Below are positions 36,726-50,920 of a stretch of DNA of 64,000 bases, piece by piece (within the stretch, counting starts at the first letter, position 1; every line of letters begins with the position of its first letter). Made by a program: the position numbers and the translations under genes. The notes beneath the pieces were generated by a model. The model worked only from the letters and a program-made list of their open reading frames with translations. It was not told the origin of the DNA and did not search any database. The stretch comes from Utricularia gibba (taxonomy: Eukaryota > Plantae > Magnoliophyta): the NCBI GenBank assembly GCA_002189035.1, contig NEEC01000015.1:372001-436000 (forward strand), read 5' to 3'.

Positions 36726-37904
36726 CTAGGGCTCTGTGGCCTTCCCCAGCAGCTCCAGACCCTCGTTTCTGCAGACCACGACCTTTCTAAAGGTCTCCCT
36801 CAGCTTCCTCTCGAGAGGGTCGAGGCCCTCCTTGCACAAGTAGGACGAGAGCTCATGCACCTTCGCCCTCAACTCTTCCTTCATCTCCTCCGACAGTGGA
36901 AACTGCGCGGCGTCCACCAGATCCGTCAACTGATGCACACATCTCTCCATTCCGTGTATCTCCTTCAACAGTCCACAGGAGTTGCGTCTATCCCTCCTCT
37001 TCGACTCCTCGACTACGCGGCTGTGAAGCGTCAGCAGGGGCGAGCTCCACGAGAACTGCCGGGGGATCGAGATGTGGACCAGCGAGCCCCGGTCCGGGCA
37101 AGGGACGGCGGCCACGACGACCCACAGAATGAACAGCAGGATGAAGCTCATGGAGAAGACCAGCAGGGCGAAGCCGTCTGTGGCTGAGACCTCGACTGCG
37201 CGTGGAGGCAGCAAGGTGCTGGCAATGGAGTGCAGCTGCTTGGACGCTGACCATGAATGCGAAACGCTCCAGGAGTGGGATCTGGAGTGGCCGCCTGATG
37301 AGCTTGAGCGATGGCTATGCTGCTGCTGCTCCTTGCCCTTCTGGCCAAAGGAGCGGTTCCGGTTGGAGAATATGGAGCCAGCGGAGTCCTTTTCATGTAC
37401 CATGAGGAGTGCCAGATCCATGAGGGCCTTCCGAGCACGACGAAACTGGCCTTCCCCGATCGTCTTCTGCTTCGTGTCCAAGGCGCAAACCACGATCTCC
37501 ATGTGCTTCTGCCACATGCGGATGGTCTCAATGCCATCTCTCGCCGCGTTCAGAATGTCCATCCCCTTGACAGATCTGTCAAAAAACTCAGTGGCGAGCT
37601 TGTCCGCGGATGGCTTCGAGAGAACCCTTCTGTTGCCGCATAAGATGGCTCGGAAGTCCTCCAGGCAGCCCTCGAATGCATCTAACAGCTTGAGGATCCA
37701 AGGGAGTGACAGAAACTCATCATTGTTCATCTCTGAAAGTCCCTTGAAACGAGACAACACCTGTTCATCGAAGGAAGACAGGTTGGGGGCGTCGGATTGG
37801 CGGCTCGATTCTGAGGCAACCTGCTCGTTTCTGACTGTCAAAATGGGGCGACGAAACGAGGGAAATGGAATTGTTGAACCGTGGTGGCTGTGTGAAGAAG
37901 GCAT
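36726..37904 (-). CDS. ROH1/BPS1-family (DUF793) protein, intronless
   Basis: FLSLPWILKLLDAF, FFDRSVKGMDILNAARDGI, GEGQFRRARKALMDL, RSHSWSVSHSWSASKQL, VAAVPCPDRG, ESKRRDRRNSCGLLKEI, GLDPLERKLRETF. ATG assumed at 37904. Confidence 0.88.
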   Translation of the reverse strand: MPSSHSHHGSTIPFPSFRRPILTVRNEQVASESSRQSDAPNLSSFDEQVLSRFKGLSEMNNDEFLSLPWILKLLDAFEGCLEDFRAILCGNRRVLSKPSADKLATEFFDRSVKGMDILNAARDGIETIRMWQKHMEIVVCALDTKQKTIGEGQFRRARKALMDLALLMVHEKDSAGSIFSNRNRSFGQKGKEQQQHSHRSSSSGGHSRSHSWSVSHSWSASKQLHSIASTLLPPRAVEVSATDGFALLVFSMSFILLFILWVVVAAVPCPDRGSLVHISIPRQFSWSSPLLTLHSRVVEESKRRDRRNSCGLLKEIHGMERCVHQLTDLVDAAQFPLSEEMKEELRAKVHELSSYLCKEGLDPLERKLRETFRKVVVCRNEGLELLGKATEP

Positions 37905-38984
37905 CTTCTTCCAAGACGCTAGTGATCGCATCCAAAACCCTGAAAGAGACTGGATTAACAATGTATTCCACAGATTAGCAGCAACCAGTTTTGATTAGTT
38001 TCCTTCAAAATCTTTCAGAGAAAGGCGCAGTCTGTTTTCTCAGACGACACAAACTTCAACATCAACAAAGGGAAAAAAACATTCTTGGCATCCTCCAGAT
38101 CACCGTAGAAAAACGAAATTTCCGCAGCAACAAATGAAACCCAGATTTGAAAATGAAATGGAATTACAGAAAATGGAAGAAGAGAGACGGGATCAACGAA
38201 GGGGAAAACAGATGGTTTACCTCTCTGGACTGGATCAAGGGTCTGCGATTTCAAATACGAAAGACAAAACCCACAAGAAGACAGTATCGGAAATCGGAAG
38301 CCGGGATGAGGGCATGAAAGCCCCCTGCACCAACCACAGAACAGCTAAGACACAGAGGAGAAGAACCTGTTCGGAGAGAAACGTTTATAAAACCGACGAA
38401 TTCGGAATTCGATTGACGCAACGCAGACAAAATTATGGCAACCGAAGGTTAAAACTTCAACGATCTGGTTGCCGTCATCCCTTCAAAAACCTCTTCATTT
38501 ACCCACCTTCCCTTCCCCGAATCCGCCTCCCTTTGTCATTTTTCCATGGTTTAATAACACAAAAGAAACGCCACCCACCTACGCACAGAGTTGACATTTC
38601 AAAGGTAAAATCTTGTCCATTGTTTTTACCATCGTCTTAATGTAAAAGCACAACAGTCAAAGATTCAGTCTTTTTTGCCTGGTTTTGTGCCACATGCACT
38701 TCCATCAGGCTCGATCTTCTGAGATTAGGCATTCTGCAAGTTCAACGAAGGGGTTATCATCATCATCATACAAAGCAGAGTATAAAAAATAGAGCGTGGA
38801 AGAGAGAACTGGATTTCAATGGTCATGAGCAGCATCGTGCTCAGTGTATTATAAGTTCATAGCAGCTATCATCATCCTGCAGCAGTTTCTACGAATGAAA
38901 GGCAGATGTAGAGTACAGTACATAATCATCACCAACTCTTTCTTTTCCAGATATGAAATGAAGAAGCTGAGTTTCCCTCATCCT

Positions 38985-40678
38985 TTATTCGCAGGCCAAT
39001 TTCGTGTCGAAGCTGCTCAAGCAGATCGCAAAAGCTTGGAAAGCAGAGAGGGGGTACCGGTAATCCATCGTAAACGCATCTTTCCCTATCTTACCGAACT
39101 GTAGGATGATCTTATCATGGTCTGTTTGAGCCGGCTGTGTGGAGGCGGTGGCCGCAGCGGCGGCAGTTGTGGTGTTTGCGGGCTGCGTGGCGGCGATGAG
39201 CTGGAAGTTCTTGACGGAGGCAACCGTGACGCGTCCCCTGAAATTGAGGCACCAGCATTGCAGTTGCTCGTGCCAACGAGGAGCCTTGTTCTTCAGAACC
39301 AATGGTCTTGTCTTGCTCTCATCGTCTTCATTTAGCAGACCCAAATCAGAGAACCTTGAGCTGCCAAACTCAGAGGACTGATCCAGTGACGTTGAGAAGG
39401 AGATACTCCGGAAGGAATCCTCCAGAGGCCGTGGAAGAAGCTCCGGTTGCCCCGGTACATATCCACCTGGCTCGATGGATGAAGCAGGAATAGAGTGCAT
39501 GATGCAATGCATCCTCCTCGGACCCCTCGTCCCCAGAACATTAAGCTCATACGTGATCTGAGCTATCCTGTAACTCCCCGTTGGTACTTTTGGAGACACC
39601 TTCTTTGAATAAAACCTGCGGCTCGATCTACCAGGAGGCGAGACTTGTGCACACATATGAGGAGGCTGAGTATCGTAGATGATGAACTTTGTTCCCAGAA
39701 AATTTGACCTGCGGAACGAAACGAAACTAATCAAACTGGTGATAGAATTCCATATCATAACTCAGATTCCAGAACCAGGCATGCCATGAGCAGAGATGAA
39801 TTCAACTAATATGGAGCAAGTCCTACCTTAGTTTTCCAATGTATGTTCTACTTGATCTCGAAATGTTGTCAGCGTCCATCGAGATCACATACTCAGTCGA
39901 AGTGGTTCTCCGGGTTCGCTTCGCAGAGAGGAGAAACTTCCCACTTTCAACTACCAAAGCTGAAGAACATCAAGCACAGTACATCAGCAGTGTACAGAGA
40001 TGACACACGGGAATAGATTCAACATTTTCAAGGGCTCTCACCAGGACTTAGACAGAGAAAGAGACGGTAGGTTAAATGAGACCTGTCTCTCTTAATGAAG
40101 CACTGGATGGTTCCATCACGAGGTCCAGGCTGCAGATTACAAGAAGGAAAGCATGTCACAATATTATGAGATCACAGAGGCCCACCATAATAATCAGCTA
40201 TAATGATCATGATCTGGAAAAGGAGTGTAGAACATAAGATTGAAGTTCCCAAACACAGAGGACTGCAGATTTGAAGAATTGCAACAGCCTGATTGTGCAA
40301 AAGAAGAAGAAAAAACACAGAGAGAGTGACCTGCTTCAAGGAAATTGGGAAGGTGAGCCTTCCGCATAACTCTGGGGCTTTAACAATTTCCTTGCACATG
40401 ATCCTCCAAGCTCGGCACACAGCAGCGCATGCAACGACATACTTCCTGGTAGGCCATGTGCTTTCACTCTCTTCCAACCTCCGGATCACATCATAAAGCA
40501 GCTCTGGTGGGAGATTAGCCCAAGGACTATTCTGAATGACTGTGGGACGTTCACCCAAATCATGAAATGAGCCGTGTGATTTTCCCCTGCTATGTCCAGG
40601 AAGCCTCACATCAAAGCCCCGCCTCGACAAGCTACCAAAACTGCTCCTTAAGTCACGAGCTAAGCTTCGGAAAGACAT
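38985..40678 (-). CDS. TLP: Tubby-like F-box protein (TLP); 4 coding exons plus an intron-containing 5' UTR to about 41790
   Basis: [11 protein letters not shown]; F-box [17 protein letters not shown]; [24 protein letters not shown]; GKFLLSAKR; [18 protein letters not shown]; [14 protein letters not shown]; [31 protein letters not shown]; [29 protein letters not shown]. Confidence 0.96.
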
Positions 40679-43055
40679 TGAAGCCTTTGTAACAAAAGAA
40701 GTGGAACAGCAACACTCCCTCTTGACACCTTAGATGGGATATCTCTCTTAGCAATACCAAGCACTTCAGAAGCCGATGCAGATCTTCAGAAACTATAGCC
40801 AGTTGAAAGAAAAAGTGACAATCTGGCTCAAAGAGAGCAAAAGAAGTTAAGAATCAACGTTTGCTAAGACCACAGAAACTATGGTTCTTTTGGTTGTGTC
40901 ACATTCAGTACTTGATGCATGGGAAGTTCCAGCTGATGTTATTAAGCTTGGGAAAAACTACTCAAAGATCTTGAGCGAAACCCAGTTTTCATATGTTTAC
41001 TACCAGGTAGCAATAGAAAAAAAAGCATGGTTTGACCTTGGAAAAATCTTGTCTTTCACGAGTTACATCAGCATAGTCCGCAGGAGTGTCCATAGAAAAT
41101 GCACATAGACCATGAATATTGAAGCAACTTAACGAACGCATGCAACAGGTGAACAGGTATCACCTCGGGGAGCAAAGATTACCGCAGAAACTGTGAACAT
41201 GTTAAGAGCATACCTGCATATAAGCCAAGAAGGTTCATCAAATCTTCCAAGAACAAAATTTCTCAAATCTGCAAGACCAACACGAGTAATTGAAATCTCT
41301 CACAAACACTGTAGTCATAAAACCCCAAAATCAAAGACACGATAAGAGAGAAAAGTCGCACAAAAATAGACCTGGATAGCAAAATCAGAAACCAAAACCA
41401 GAAGATTCACAGCTCAGAACAGCAATAAAAAGGGGGAACTAAAAAGCCCAGAAAGACGACGGCATCGCAGTTGTACAAACGCACACGAAACCAAAGACTG
41501 GAACCAAGGATCAAAGATCCATACTTTAAAAAGAAAAAAAACAACAAAATTTGAAAAGGGTCGAGCTCGTTACAGCTGAAAATCAAAATAACTTCACAGA
41601 CAAAGAAGCAGCTGAAGGTCCAGATCAAAGAAAGAACGGAAAAATGAACGTTGGTCAACTCCAGACAAAACTAAAAACACACCCACAAAAAAGGGAACAC
41701 CACCAATCACCTTCTCTTTCACGCACTTGCACACAAAATCGAAGACGAGGGTTTCAATTTCATCTTAAGGTGGGCTTGTAACCAGCTCAGACAGACAGGA
41801 CGAAGAAAATAGATACACTGGCTCCGGAATATCCACTGATACTCATCATTTGTGGAAACCAATGCGCTTCAACTCGCCAAAGAAGTCTTCCCGGTAATTT
41901 ATTATCAATTCAGTCCGCCGTTGGTTCGCTCACCGGGTAAGAACCACGACAATTATTACAAAAGTTCCGTTTTTCCTTCGCCTTCACCAACTACTCCTCT
42001 GAGTAACGCAATTTTCTTACCTTCCCCAAACTTTTGTGGACCAATGTATGCACTATTCCCAATTCTTTTCGTATTTCTACAAAATCACGAGGCTCAATCC
42101 ATTCAAAGATCACTTTTTTACTTGTCTCATACCGAAAAAAATTAAACACTACTCAAGTAATACATCTTCAGAGAACAAGAACAACCCAACATCCCATGCA
42201 CACCAGCCCATTGACGCAAATTGTAGTGGATATCAGAACAAGTTTGGCTCTCCCTCATCCACCCAATTCTGGGTAGATCTCATACTCAACTGAAACTGGC
42301 ATGTTTTGTAAGTCACCATTTTTGGTGCTACATTGAAAATTTCTACCTCTAGGCGATCTGAAGACCAGGGCATTTGCTTAGGAAGTCCCCCCATACCTCT
42401 CTAGATGATGATGCAACTACGCTAAGACTACAGGGCTTTTCTTGTCATTTCACCTCCTTCTAGCCTTCCACGACGTGCATCCCGATGCGAAATTGGAATT
42501 GAAATGGTGTGTTTTTATAGGTAGTAATAAATAAAATATATAAAAAAATTTACATTGATTTCTTATTTTGTTATATTAAAAATGATGAAACACATGATTG
42601 CCTTTTTATAAAAATAAAATATTTTTTATTTTATTACCAATTTATCAATCAAATATTTCATTTATTATATATTTATATTTAAATATTTTACAATTTATTT
42701 AAATATCTAAACCAAAAAGACAGTCAAATTGATTTTGAGAAAGTCGTCACATTGATGCCTGGTTGGGGAGCTCGCTTTAGGCACAAATTAGGTATTTGAT
42801 TAATTAATTAATTAATTAATGCATTGGTTCAGCCGGTAATTTTGTGTAAATGGCGAGGAGACGGGGGCGGAATGATAATATAAAAACATAGAAGGGACCA
42901 GGTTGTAATTATTACCAAATAATAAATTGAATTTTAAAATTAATAATCTAATTTCGTGAAAATTTCGGATTTCGTACAAACAGCGAGATTTCGAACAAAT
43001 TTTGAGGTAATATAAAAAAAATATTTTATTTCAAAAAAATTCAAAATTTTATTCA

Positions 43056-43069
43056 TTGGGCTAGCCCAA
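43056..43069. promoter_or_regulatory. Palindromic pair of site-II (TCP) elements upstream of RPS28
   Basis: TTGGGCTAGCCCAA = TGGGCT + AGCCCA. Site II elements are typical of plant ribosomal-protein promoters. Confidence 0.55.
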
Positions 43070-43348
43070 TGAAATGCTTGGTACATAACTCGTCGTCTCT
43101 GCTAGGGATTTTTCCGTTGTCTGCTACTGCTTGTCCGAAGATCCGAGTCTCCAACTTGCTGAGTATGATGCGTTCAAGCTTTTTCTGGCATACTTGTGGG
43201 TATCTTTGTTTTATTGATTGACTTGTTTTGGTTCAGGAATGCGTACTTTTTGTTCTGTCGTTTTTGGGCGAGTTTGGTGTTTGGGTTGGGATGGTTTTTT
43301 TGATGCTCTGGGATGTAAATTTGTGGAATATGTCCGCTGAATGTAGAA

Positions 43349-43546
43349 ATGGATTCCCAGATCAAGCATGCGATCGTGGTGAAGGTGATTGGCAGAACAG
43401 GGTCGAGAGGGCAGGTGACTCAAGTGCGAGTTAAGTTCGTGGATGATCAGAATCGTTTCATCATGAGGAATGTCAAGGGCCCGGTTCGAGAGGGTGATAT
43501 CCTCACCTTGCTGGAGTCGGAAAGGGAGGCGAGGAGGCTACGATAA
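43349..43546 (+). CDS. RPS28: 40S ribosomal protein S28
   Basis: [65 protein letters not shown]; a leader intron ends just before the ATG. Confidence 0.98.
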   Translation: MDSQIKHAIVVKVIGRTGSRGQVTQVRVKFVDDQNRFIMRNVKGPVREGDILTLLESEREARRLR

Positions 43547-43999
43547 CTCCTCGCATTCCCGCATCTTAATGCGATACCGATGAATTGTTTCTGTTATGCC
43601 TTTGAGTTGAGGAAGTATGATGAGTGCCATTCACCGTTGCATTGCTCTTTGAATTTGGGAATGCTATCATGGCTCGTCTTCTCGGCTGGTTGTTCTTCAT
43701 GGGATCTTGTCGTCTTGTCTGACAGTTCATGCTATGGCACTGCTTTATTGGTTTAAGATCAAGGAAATTCCTCTTAATAAAATGGAAAAGTGTTTTACTG
43801 GGGACGCAAAGCAGGCCCATCCCACGAGATTGGGTCCTGCGACAGCAACCGGAAGTCATACTGAACCATCTATGGCGGATTTAAGAGTCATAAGCCAATC
43901 TCTGTCTGCCTGGGAAATTTGATCTTGCTGTGTCGTTTGAAACCCCCAGTCTGAGGAATTGCGGTTCCGTTTAATCTGAAAGAGATCGTCGCCTCGCCC

Positions 44000-45860
<1,861 letters not shown>

Positions 45861-46144
45861 TGCTGTACATTTACTTTGTAATCATCATGCTAATCAGACT
45901 TATTTTACAGTTCATGGTGTTGACGTTTGGTAAACAATTCTGGGATTGTTAAAAAATCCACTCAGAATTGATAGTTCTGGTAAGTTGAGTTGCTTACGCA
46001 TGATGCACAAGAACATGCTGAAGAAAAAGCGCAAAAAAATGTTCATCGAAATTCACAAGCCCTCAGTCAGCCTTTTAGAAGACTTTCAATCTGAAAGTGA
46101 GAGAGAAGATGAAACAATGGCCGGAAGTGACTGAGAACCCCAAT

Positions 46145-47484
46145 CTAGTGTGATTTGACATATTCCTGAACAATGTGAAGACCTTCAGTTTCTTCCCCAA
46201 AATCCTGCAGATATGAGTATTAGCGCAAGTTTCATGGTTAACGGACAAAACCAAGCAAGAGAAACTCTCAATTGTACTACAGCTTACATGAACAACCACA
46301 CATCCACATCCCACAACCTTCCTAGCTTTGCCTTCAGAGTCGATCTTGCAAAGCTGAAAGAGGAAATAGAAGGTTTGGTAAGGTTAGATGAAGCCACCAG
46401 GAAAGCTTTTATGTTTAAAACCATACAATTTTTTACCCATTACGCAGTCATCTAACCATATAAAGTAGAGTACATGTAAAACCATCAGAAAAATGGATTG
46501 TAGCATCAATGATGACAGAATGTCTCAGACGACCGTCGTGAGAAAATTAATCCATAATCATCCCTTGGCTTTTCAATTGTCGTTAGAACATTGAGTCAAA
46601 CTAGATCATTGGTGAAATAAACCAACAAGATAGGAGTATGAAAAGACCAAAAAAAACCCAATCTTTCAACAAGCTTTCTTTTATGTTTCCATTTGTGATG
46701 TTTGGGAAGACATTTTGGAGGCCTATCCAAATTCCAAAAAACAAAAGGATTCATCGATATTGGGTGCTGCATTCATCCCTAAGGCAAGGTTAAAGGAGCC
46801 AAAGAGTCAAACTTCAGACCCAAGTATACCAAATCAGCAGTATATACAAAACCAACCAAGACATAAGGAAAGCATTAACCTGGAGCATGGTAACTTACCC
46901 CGATCCATTCACCGAGCGTTTTCGCACTTGGGACGGTTATCAAACTAACGTTATGATCAGCACAGAGTGCCTTCACCAGCTTTACATAATCTGCTTGATC
47001 ACAGTCCTCAGCCAACACACAGAGAAGAGCAGCATGCTTTTCAATGATTTTCGCAGCCTCATGTAGCCCCTTGGCCAGGCCACTATGGGCCCTAGACTTC
47101 CTCAGCACTAGCTGAAGGGCAGTCATGATATCCATGGGCTCACCAAGAGCAGGCGCTGGAGCAACGACAGCATCCTCACTAATGAAAGTCAAAATTCAAC
47201 TTTATCAATAACTAGGATGGTTCTGAATGGGAAGGACGCGAGAGTAATGTGAACGAAACATACCCACAATATAAAAAAAAAAAACACGTACTCAAAACTT
47301 CAATGCTTTCTATTGAAAACATTAAATCAGATAACGCAATGCAAAAGCTATGGACAATGCAACAAGATCAGAAGCCGTAGAAATGATAAGCATCTAACCA
47401 TGACCACCTTTACACAAAAATCTTCCAAGTGATTCTACTAAAATCAACAGCTTAAAAGCGCAAGATCGCAACTTACCCAGACAT
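46145..47484 (-). CDS. RPS12: 40S ribosomal protein S12; 4 coding exons
   Basis: Exons 47484-47477 (MSG), 47178-46899 (EDAVVA...GLHEAAK...LAEDCDQADYVKLVKALC...KTLGEWIG), 46353-46288 (LCKIDSEGKARKVVGCGCVVVH), 46204-46145 (DFGEETEGLHIVQEYVKSH*). Confidence 0.97.
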
Positions 47485-47706
47485 TTTCTTCTGGATATTA
47501 CCCTCGACGCTTCTCACCTGACCACCAAGAAAAGGCACGAAATCAGAATACCATACAATTTACTAAATGAACATGAATAACAGGACATCCGGGCTTCCAT
47601 AACGACAGACAAAGCACGAACCTGCGACGGCGAACGACTGAATCAGGAAACGAGACCACCCTCGAAGAGCTTCACTGAAGATGTGATGTATTTTTATAGT
47701 GCGCCA

Positions 47707-47882
47707 AAACCCTAGTAGCCGCTGTTATGGGCCTTAGCAAGAATATGGCCCATTTATTTTTATAAATTATATAACAAGATTTTGAGATTAAATATTAAAT
47801 CAATTACAAAAATTATACTATTCAACTGACTCCATTTTTATCCTCATATAAATTTAATTTCCGGAATTCTCCATAAACCCTA
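47707..47882. promoter_or_regulatory. Telo-box plus site-II module in the divergent RPS12/HISN1 promoter
   Basis: AAACCCTA at 47707-47714 and 47875-47882; TGGGCC at 47728-47733; GGCCCA at 47747-47752. Confidence 0.65.
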
Positions 47883-48282
47883 ATTCGAGCGTAGTTCATC
47901 TTCTCCGACTCCTCGGTTGCCCGCTTCCCTGTCTGCGCGGAGACGAAGAATATGGGCAACTGAGCATTCCTCGTCGTCGTCTTCGGTCTCTCAGTCGCTT
48001 TGGGGTATTAGGTTTTTCATCTGCAGATTGAGAGTAAGAGGGTCTGGTGCTCCGACGGGTCGTGATATTAAACATATTTTGTATAATAATATTATTACGA
48101 AATGGGTAATCCCAAACCGTAAAGAAGGCAAATTTTAGTAAACTGGATTCGTAAAGAGGGGAGTTCGGTTGTTTTACCCCGGGAGCATAGAGAATATGCT
48201 CTGGCAATCAGGAACATTGAAGAGGTGTATTCCCTTGTAGTGGCGAACACTTCGTGGCGGCCTGTGAAATTGGCAATCAGCA

Positions 48283-50531
48283 ATGTCGCTCACATGGAAG
48301 CCTGTCTCGGATTTCTCAGCGATTTCGCGTTTCCCATCCTCATCCCCTCGCTCGTTCATGTTTGCTGTTTCATGTCGCGCCTCCGCCGCGCCGGCTGCCT
48401 CCACCGATCGGAATGTCGATAAGAAGAAGGCTCACGAAAGGGGTGAAGTGCGTCTTGGGTTGCCGAGCAAGGGCCGGATGGCTGCCGATACTCTTGATCT
48501 TCTCAAGGTGAAAATCCTGGACCCTTGTGCTAATTGTTGGGGTGGAGTGCTTCTGGATAAGCATGTTTTTTTATTGGATATCATGTTGTGTTTTTGCTGG
48601 GTTGGGCTAAATTTTGTTCGTCTCTTTCGTTCGGCTGTTGTCCAGGAATGTCAGCTGTCGGTGAAGCAGGTGAATCCGCGGCAGTATGTTGCGGAGATTC
48701 CACTGGTAAGCGAAAATAGTTTCTTTGTATGGAATAGATGCTTTATAGTATTTATAATCTCTTTAGTTAGTAATCCTTTTCCGTAATGAAATCTCAAGAA
48801 AAGATCTTCGGATTTGGGTTTTTCATTTTGGTTTGCGGAATATTCCGTCAGTGATTTAGCTTGTCTCGTGATATGTTTGCAGATTTCGAATTTAGAAGTT
48901 TGGTTCCAGCGGCCGAAAGATGTCGTGAGGAAATTGGTGTCTGGAGATTTGGACCTCGGAATTGTGGGTTTGGACATTGTCATGGAACATGGACAGGTAT
49001 GAATTAATGCCTGTCATTATTGATTAAGGCATCATAGAGGAAATGTATTCTGGAGACATCCACCAGCTTGGAACCTTTGTGGATCTTTTTTAGATTTTTA
49101 GTCTTGTTTTTTTCTATCAGGGGAATGAAGATCTCATTGTTGTCCATGATGCTCTTGACTATGGGGATTGCCGATTATCGCTGGCTGTAAGGACTTAGTT
49201 CATGTTGCCAAATGGCCATGAAAGTCATCCTTTTGAATTTCAAGTCTTATGCTGTGCTTTCTATTTGTTTTATCAGATTCCGAATTATGGCATCTTTGAG
49301 AACATCAACTCTTTGAAGGAGCTATCAGAGATGCCCCAGTGGATGCCAGAGAGACCTCTAAGAGTGGCTACGAGTTTCACATACGTATGATTGTACTCAA
49401 TTGCTTTCGTGATTATGCCTGTGTTTTGAAAGTGCCACTCTGCTCATGATGTGCACCATGAAAATTATTTTATCTGCAGCTGGGTCCAAAATTCATGAAG
49501 GACAATGGGCTCAAGTATGTCTCCTTTTCAACAGCTGATGGAGCCCTTGAAGCAGCTCCTGCAGTACGCATTTGCCCCCTTTTTATCTCTGTCCCTGAGG
49601 ATTCCCAGGATGTCTATTTCATCTCTCGTTGTTTCTCCCTTTCCATGTAGATGGGGACAGCGGATGCAATAGTGGACCTTGTGAGTAGTGGAACCACACT
49701 GAAAGAGAACAATCTGAAAGAGATTGAAGGGGGATAATCATGCAAAGTCAGGTGACTTTCTAATCTTGAGGATTCATTATCCTCCTAACCCAAAAACGAT
49801 TCTTATCCAAGAACTGAAGTCATTGCTGAATGGCCATCTCCCTGAATTTATGCTGTTTTCTCAGGCTGTGCTTGTGGCTAGCAGAAGATCTCTGGTGGAA
49901 AGAAAAGAGGTGCTTGATATAACTCGAGAAATACTTGAAAGACTGGAAGCACATTTAAGCGCTATTGGCCAGTTCACGGTGCGGGTTGCTATTTTGAACG
50001 TGTTAACATTCATTTTGATCTTATACTCATTATCACTTTTTTTTTTCTTGTCACAGGTAACTGCCAACACCAGAGGAACAAGTGCTCAAGAAGTGGCTGA
50101 GAGAATACTAAAACAGCCATCCTTATCGGGTTTGCAGGTCCCCACTCTAATTTTCTTGTCCTTCTAATGTGCCTGAAAAGCTGGAAATTATTTGCTCCTT
50201 GTTCACTGCACAAATTGTTCCACACAGGGACCAACCGTGAGTCCAGTCTTTTGTAAGCAAGATGGAGAAGTATCGATACAGTACTATGCTGTAGTTATCT
50301 GTGTGCCCAAGAAAGCCCTTTACAAATCTGTTCAGGAGCTGAGGGAGGTGAGAGTTCATGATCTGCATCTTACTGTGTACAAATCCCTTAGCTATTTCTA
50401 ACAACCTAACTCTCAATCCCATGTAACTGCAGATTGGGGGAAGTGGAGTTCTGATCTCACCCCTGACTTACATCTTCGATAAGGAGACTCCAAGATGGCG
50501 TCAACTTCTTAAGAAGTTGAACCTCGAGTGA
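48283..50531 (+). CDS. HISN1: Plastid ATP phosphoribosyltransferase (first step of His biosynthesis); 11 exons; apparent -1 frameshift at 49729-49733
   Basis: [99 protein letters not shown](G), [34 protein letters not shown]; stop at 50529-50531. Confidence 0.96.
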
Positions 50532-50920
50532 ACTGAATCCCATTGTACGAGCTTGTTGATGCAAACATCTGCGATATCCAAGATAGTGTAAGATGTTTTT
50601 TTGTTTACCTATACAGACTGTGTGCCTTCTTTCTCGGTTGCAAAGCACCCTCAGTGACATTTGCAATGGTCATTTCATGGCTTCTGGGACTGGAGTTGTC
50701 GATTCTGTTATTGTTTTTGATGCTTCAAAGATGTTTTTTTTTTTTTGTACGACGCTGCACACATTGAAAGCTGCAATTAGTCACACAATCCTTTTGAGGG
50801 ATTGCTTACCCGATATTTGCCAATGCCAAAATGGTTTTGAGCTTGATGGTAATGCTCCATTTTGTATAGAGGTATGAGCTCAGTTTTCAAATCCAGTATG
50901 AACAGTCAAGAAAGGGGTAT

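Noticed and set aside
37072-37998. 308-aa plus-strand ORF (and other long ORFs at 34967-35536, 21051-21455, 29685-30212, 10400-10801, 11052-11468, 16368-16769, 27612-28155)
   Set aside because: They are antisense or alternate-frame shadows of well-supported GC-rich coding genes, with low-complexity translations and no recognisable domains.
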